Positions 61,004 through 64,000 of a stretch of 64,000 bases of DNA are shown here, one piece after another. The position numbers and the translations under genes are program-made. The notes beneath the pieces are model-generated. The model saw only the letters and a list, made by a program, of their open reading frames with translations. It searched no databases and was not told the DNA's origin. The stretch comes from an uncultured bacterium (GTDB lineage: Bacteria; Bacteroidota; Bacteroidia; Flavobacteriales; Flavobacteriaceae), in assembly GCA_964010525.1 (NCBI GenBank), contig CAXGIM010000003.1, positions 78,368 through 142,367 on the forward strand. The letters run 5' to 3'. How positions within the stretch are numbered: position 1 is the stretch's first letter; the number at the start of each line of letters is the position of its first letter.

Positions 61004-61585
61004 ATGGAGCTCAATCAACGCACGGAAGAAGAGAAGATAATACGGTCAAAGAAGATGATGCTCTGGTTTGGCATCATAAGCCTGAGCATGATGTTTGCCG
61101 GGCTTACCAGTGCCTATATCGTGAGCAAGGAGCGCAAGGACTGGTTGACAGATTTTGACCTGCCACAGGCATTTTACTACAGCACGGCAATCATATTGCT
61201 TAGCAGTGTGACCATGCACTTTGCAAAGGTTTTTATAAAAAAAAGAAATCAATCGCTGGGCAGCATCCTCGTGCTTGCCACCCTAGTGCTGGGCTGTATT
61301 TTTGTGTGGCTGCAGTTTGTGGGCTTTGGTGAGATTATTGACCAGGGCTTTTACCCCACGGGGTCTCAAAGCACGGTGACCACCTCATTTGTCTATGTAT
61401 TTGTCTTTAGTCATATCGTGCATATTCTTGCGGGGCTCATCGTGTTGATGGTGGTACTTGCAAAGCAGTTGATGGGCAAGTATAAAAGTGGGCAAACCCT
61501 TGGTGCTGAAATGGGTACGACCTTTTGGCATTTTGTTGATTTCTTATGGATATACCTGTTTGTTTTCCTTATGTATTTTAGGTAA
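61004..61585 (+). CDS. ctaE: Cytochrome c oxidase subunit III (first paralogue)
   Basis: MMFAGLTSAY, SSVTMH, HIVHILAG and FWHFVDFLWIYL motifs. Confidence 0.9.
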   Translation: MELNQRTEEEKIIRSKKMMLWFGIISLSMMFAGLTSAYIVSKERKDWLTDFDLPQAFYYSTAIILLSSVTMHFAKVFIKKRNQSLGSILVLATLVLGCIFVWLQFVGFGEIIDQGFYPTGSQSTVTTSFVYVFVFSHIVHILAGLIVLMVVLAKQLMGKYKSGQTLGAEMGTTFWHFVDFLWIYLFVFLMYFR

Positions 61586-61640
61586 ACGCGGGGATTGAGC
61601 GGCATTGCTAATTATATCGAATATAAATACGGATTTTAGC

Positions 61641-61672
61641 TTTGATTAACATTTTTAAAATACATATTTTTG
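61641..61672 (+). promoter_or_regulatory. Promoter for the second cox3 gene
   Basis: TTTG (61641-61644), a 20-nt spacer, then TATTTTTG (61665-61672). Confidence 0.65.
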
Positions 61673-61699
61673 CAACTCTTATAATACCAATTCACTTTT

Positions 61700-62677
61700 A
61701 TGGACGCTACTGTTAGTACGGGTACCGAAGGAAAAACATGGGGAGGCGGCAACCAGCCGCTCAAGGCCAGTTATGGTAAAATGATGATGTGGTTCTTCAT
61801 CCTTTCTGATGCCTTGACATTCTCTGGTTTTCTGGCCGCTTACGGCTTTTCAAGATTTAAATTCATTGATAGATGGCCCATAGCAGATGAGGTCTTTACC
61901 CACTTTCCATTTTTACATGGCGTTGAGGCGCCCATGTACTACGTGGCATTCATGACCTTTATCCTTATATTTTCATCAGTAACCATGGTGCTTGCCGTTG
62001 ATGCAGGCCACAGGATGGAAAAGAACAAGGTGATATGGTACATGTTTGCGACCATCGTGGGAGGTTTCATATTCGTGGGTTCACAAGCATGGGAGTGGAG
62101 TACGTTTATCAAGGGAGAGTTTGGTGCAGTGGAGACCAAGGCAAACAGGATCTTACAATTTGTGGATGCTGAGGGCGAACGTGTGGCGCTAGAGGATTTT
62201 GCCGCTCACATACCCACTGAGCGCGAACAATTGACGAGGAGTGGTGGTTTCTGGTATGGCAGTGAGAGCTCGTTGCCAGATGTTACCATAGAACAGGTTA
62301 CCGAAGGTTTTAAAGAACACGCAGACCTCAGGATAAGGATTCAGGATGTGGATGAGGCAGGAGAAAAAATAGTGCTCTCCAGAGAAGAATCACTACAAAG
62401 GTTGACCAAGGACGGCAGGGGCATCGTAAGGGGGGCAAACCTTACCCATAATGAATATGGACATCCCTTGTTTGCAGATTTCTTTTTCTTTATAACAGGT
62501 TTTCACGGTTTTCACGTGTTCTCTGGTGTAATGATCAACATTATAATCTTCATTAACGTGATCCTGGGCACATATGAGCGCAGGGGCAGTTATGAAATGG
62601 TAGAAAAAGTAGGGCTGTACTGGCACTTTGTAGACCTGGTATGGGTATTTGTATTCACGTTTTTCTATCTGGTATAA
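61700..62677 (+). CDS. Cytochrome c oxidase subunit III (second paralogue, with soluble insertion)
   Basis: GKMMMWFFILSDALTF, SSVTMV, FFFITGFHGFHV and YWHFVDLVW motifs. Confidence 0.9.
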   Translation: MDATVSTGTEGKTWGGGNQPLKASYGKMMMWFFILSDALTFSGFLAAYGFSRFKFIDRWPIADEVFTHFPFLHGVEAPMYYVAFMTFILIFSSVTMVLAVDAGHRMEKNKVIWYMFATIVGGFIFVGSQAWEWSTFIKGEFGAVETKANRILQFVDAEGERVALEDFAAHIPTEREQLTRSGGFWYGSESSLPDVTIEQVTEGFKEHADLRIRIQDVDEAGEKIVLSREESLQRLTKDGRGIVRGANLTHNEYGHPLFADFFFFITGFHGFHVFSGVMINIIIFINVILGTYERRGSYEMVEKVGLYWHFVDLVWVFVFTFFYLV

Positions 62678-62693
62678 TAAAATTAAAATTCTA

Positions 62694-62708
62694 TTCGCTC
62701 AAGGCGAA
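62694..62708. repeat. Mini-hairpin motif copy (TTCGC-TCAAG-GCGAA)
   Basis: Intergenic, between cox3 and cox4. Confidence 0.55.
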
Positions 62709-62727
62709 AGCTTAACAAGTCGATAAA

Positions 62728-63087
62728 ATGGCACACGAGGCAGAACATCACCCATCAGCAGCAAAGAGGATCTGGACGGTTTTTGCGATACTTTCAGTAA
62801 TCACGATCGTCGAGGTATTCTTAGGTATCATAAGGCCAGAATTCCTGGTTCACACAAAGCTCATAAGCATGAGCTTGCTAAACTGGATATTCATCATCCT
62901 TACCATTGTAAAAGCATACTATATCACATGGGCATTCATGCACATGGAGCATGAGACCGTAGGCCTGCGCCGCGCGGTCGTATGGACGGCGATATTTCTT
63001 ATCTGTTATTTAATATTCATTCTCCTTACTGAAGGGGACTACATTTTTGAAGTCTATCACAACGGCTATCAAAACTGGAATTTCTAA
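62728..63087 (+). CDS. Cytochrome c oxidase subunit IV family protein
   Basis: ILSVITIVEV...LTIVKAYYITWAFMHM motif. Confidence 0.88.
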   Translation: MAHEAEHHPSAAKRIWTVFAILSVITIVEVFLGIIRPEFLVHTKLISMSLLNWIFIILTIVKAYYITWAFMHMEHETVGLRRAVVWTAIFLICYLIFILLTEGDYIFEVYHNGYQNWNF

Positions 63088-63102
63088 CAGATATGATCAT
63101 AT

Positions 63103-63135
63103 AAAAAAGACGGTGGCCTCACCGTCTTTTTTTTT
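63103..63135 (+). terminator. Intrinsic terminator
   Basis: AAAAAAGACGGTG-GCCT-CACCGTCTTTTTT. Confidence 0.85.
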
Positions 63136-63200
63136 GCTTTAATGTTAGTAAATAAAGCTTTTATGCCGAAATTTGCAGCCCAATGAACCACTGGTAAACC

Positions 63201-63830
63201 GTGAAGAAACTTGTAATACTTGGCGTTCTCTTTATACTCCCTATTGTGGCCTATCTGTTTTTTGCCTCAGGGGTACATAATTTTGCCAAGTTGCCTGTTC
63301 TCACCGAGCAGGTCGAAGATATTGATTTTGACCCATCAATCTCAATGAACGACAAGATCACCGTGCTGGGCTTTCTGGGGGGTGAACTGGTGGCTGATGG
63401 CGGCACCTTGTTCAACCTGAACCAGAAAATCTACAAATATTTCAGTGAGTTCAAGGACTTTCAGTTTGTATTCCTGGTTTCTAACGATATGGACAGGGAA
63501 TCCCTGGATAAGGTAACTTCAGAACTTGAAGCGATAAGCAATCTTGACCATTGGCACTTTGTTTTCGCCGAAAGGCAACAAATGGAAAGCGTGTTCAACA
63601 GTCTAAAGACCCCGTATACCCTTGACCACGACTATACGCCATATGTATTTCTCATAGACAAGAACATGGCACTGCGCGGTAGGGACGATGATGAAGATGT
63701 ACAGTATCTATATGGTTACAATGCTGAGGATGCTGCCGAGATGTCCAACAAGATGAAGGATGACGTCAAGATCTTACTGGCCGAGTACAGGCTGGCATTA
63801 AAAAAGAACAACGCAGATAGGCAAAAGTAA
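63201..63830 (+). CDS. Conserved membrane-anchored protein with thioredoxin/SCO-like fold (no Cys motif)
   Basis: GTG start and N-terminal TM; FLIDKNMALRGR resembles the SCO C-terminus. Lies upstream of the SCO gene. Confidence 0.75.
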   Translation: MKKLVILGVLFILPIVAYLFFASGVHNFAKLPVLTEQVEDIDFDPSISMNDKITVLGFLGGELVADGGTLFNLNQKIYKYFSEFKDFQFVFLVSNDMDRESLDKVTSELEAISNLDHWHFVFAERQQMESVFNSLKTPYTLDHDYTPYVFLIDKNMALRGRDDDEDVQYLYGYNAEDAAEMSNKMKDDVKILLAEYRLALKKNNADRQK

Positions 63831-63831
63831 T

Positions 63832-64000
63832 ATGACGAAGAAGCAAACATATATAGGCATGGCTGTCATTGTCCTGATATTTGGTATAATCGTAATACCC
63901 AATATCATTGAGCGTGCAAAGAACGGTGATATCGTGCGAGACAAGGTTGCGACCCTGGATACTAAAGAAGGCGGCGAGGGCGAGCTTGCATACATCAATA
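63832..64000 (+). CDS. SCO family protein (partial, runs off the window)
   Basis: ATG at 63832 gives MTKKQTYIGMAVIVLIFGIIVIPNIIER.... Assignment rests on cox-cluster position; the CxxxC motif is not within the window. Confidence 0.6.
   Translation, partial: MTKKQTYIGMAVIVLIFGIIVIPNIIERAKNGDIVRDKVATLDTKEGGEGELAYIN

Noticed and set aside
1130-63998. Many short antisense or alternate-frame ORFs in the track (e.g. 12236-14017, 22751-23170, 28393-28902)
   Set aside because: They lie wholly within well-supported genes. Their repetition only mirrors the adhesin repeats, and none has a recognisable motif.

Overview
Flavobacteriaceae (Bacteroidota) chromosome segment, judged from TAnnTTTG promoters, A-rich starts without Shine-Dalgarno sites, T9SS genes and alternative complex III. 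Bases 1-2413 are the AT-rich right end of a tyrosine-integrase element. It ends in a probable tRNA-Gln 3' fragment (att core) followed by a terminator. Next is a three-gene T9SS cassette: a ~4,450-aa type-B-CTD adhesin (285-bp and 306-bp repeat arrays plus a 2.6-kb internal duplication), a PorP/SprF barrel and an OmpA-family protein. The rest is mostly conserved core genome: a universal stress protein, rimP-nusA-infB, a SPOR protein, actABCDEF with cytochrome oxidase subunits II and I, an RR/CHASE3-HK/RR triad, ruvB-P450-queG, maeB, ruvA-sprA-gcvH-vanZ, two tonB paralogues, remB, and the start of the cyoE/cox3/cox4/SCO cluster. I saw no rRNA, complete tRNA or CRISPR array. The best leads are: (i) a recurrent mini-hairpin TT(C/G)GC-loop-GC(G/C)AA stacked behind terminators, (ii) a ~260-nt structured, possibly pseudoknotted leader upstream of the adhesin, (iii) a DxDxDG-repeat insertion in SprA, and (iv) an acidic plus helix-hairpin-helix extension on ActC. 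None of these is proven novel without database searches.
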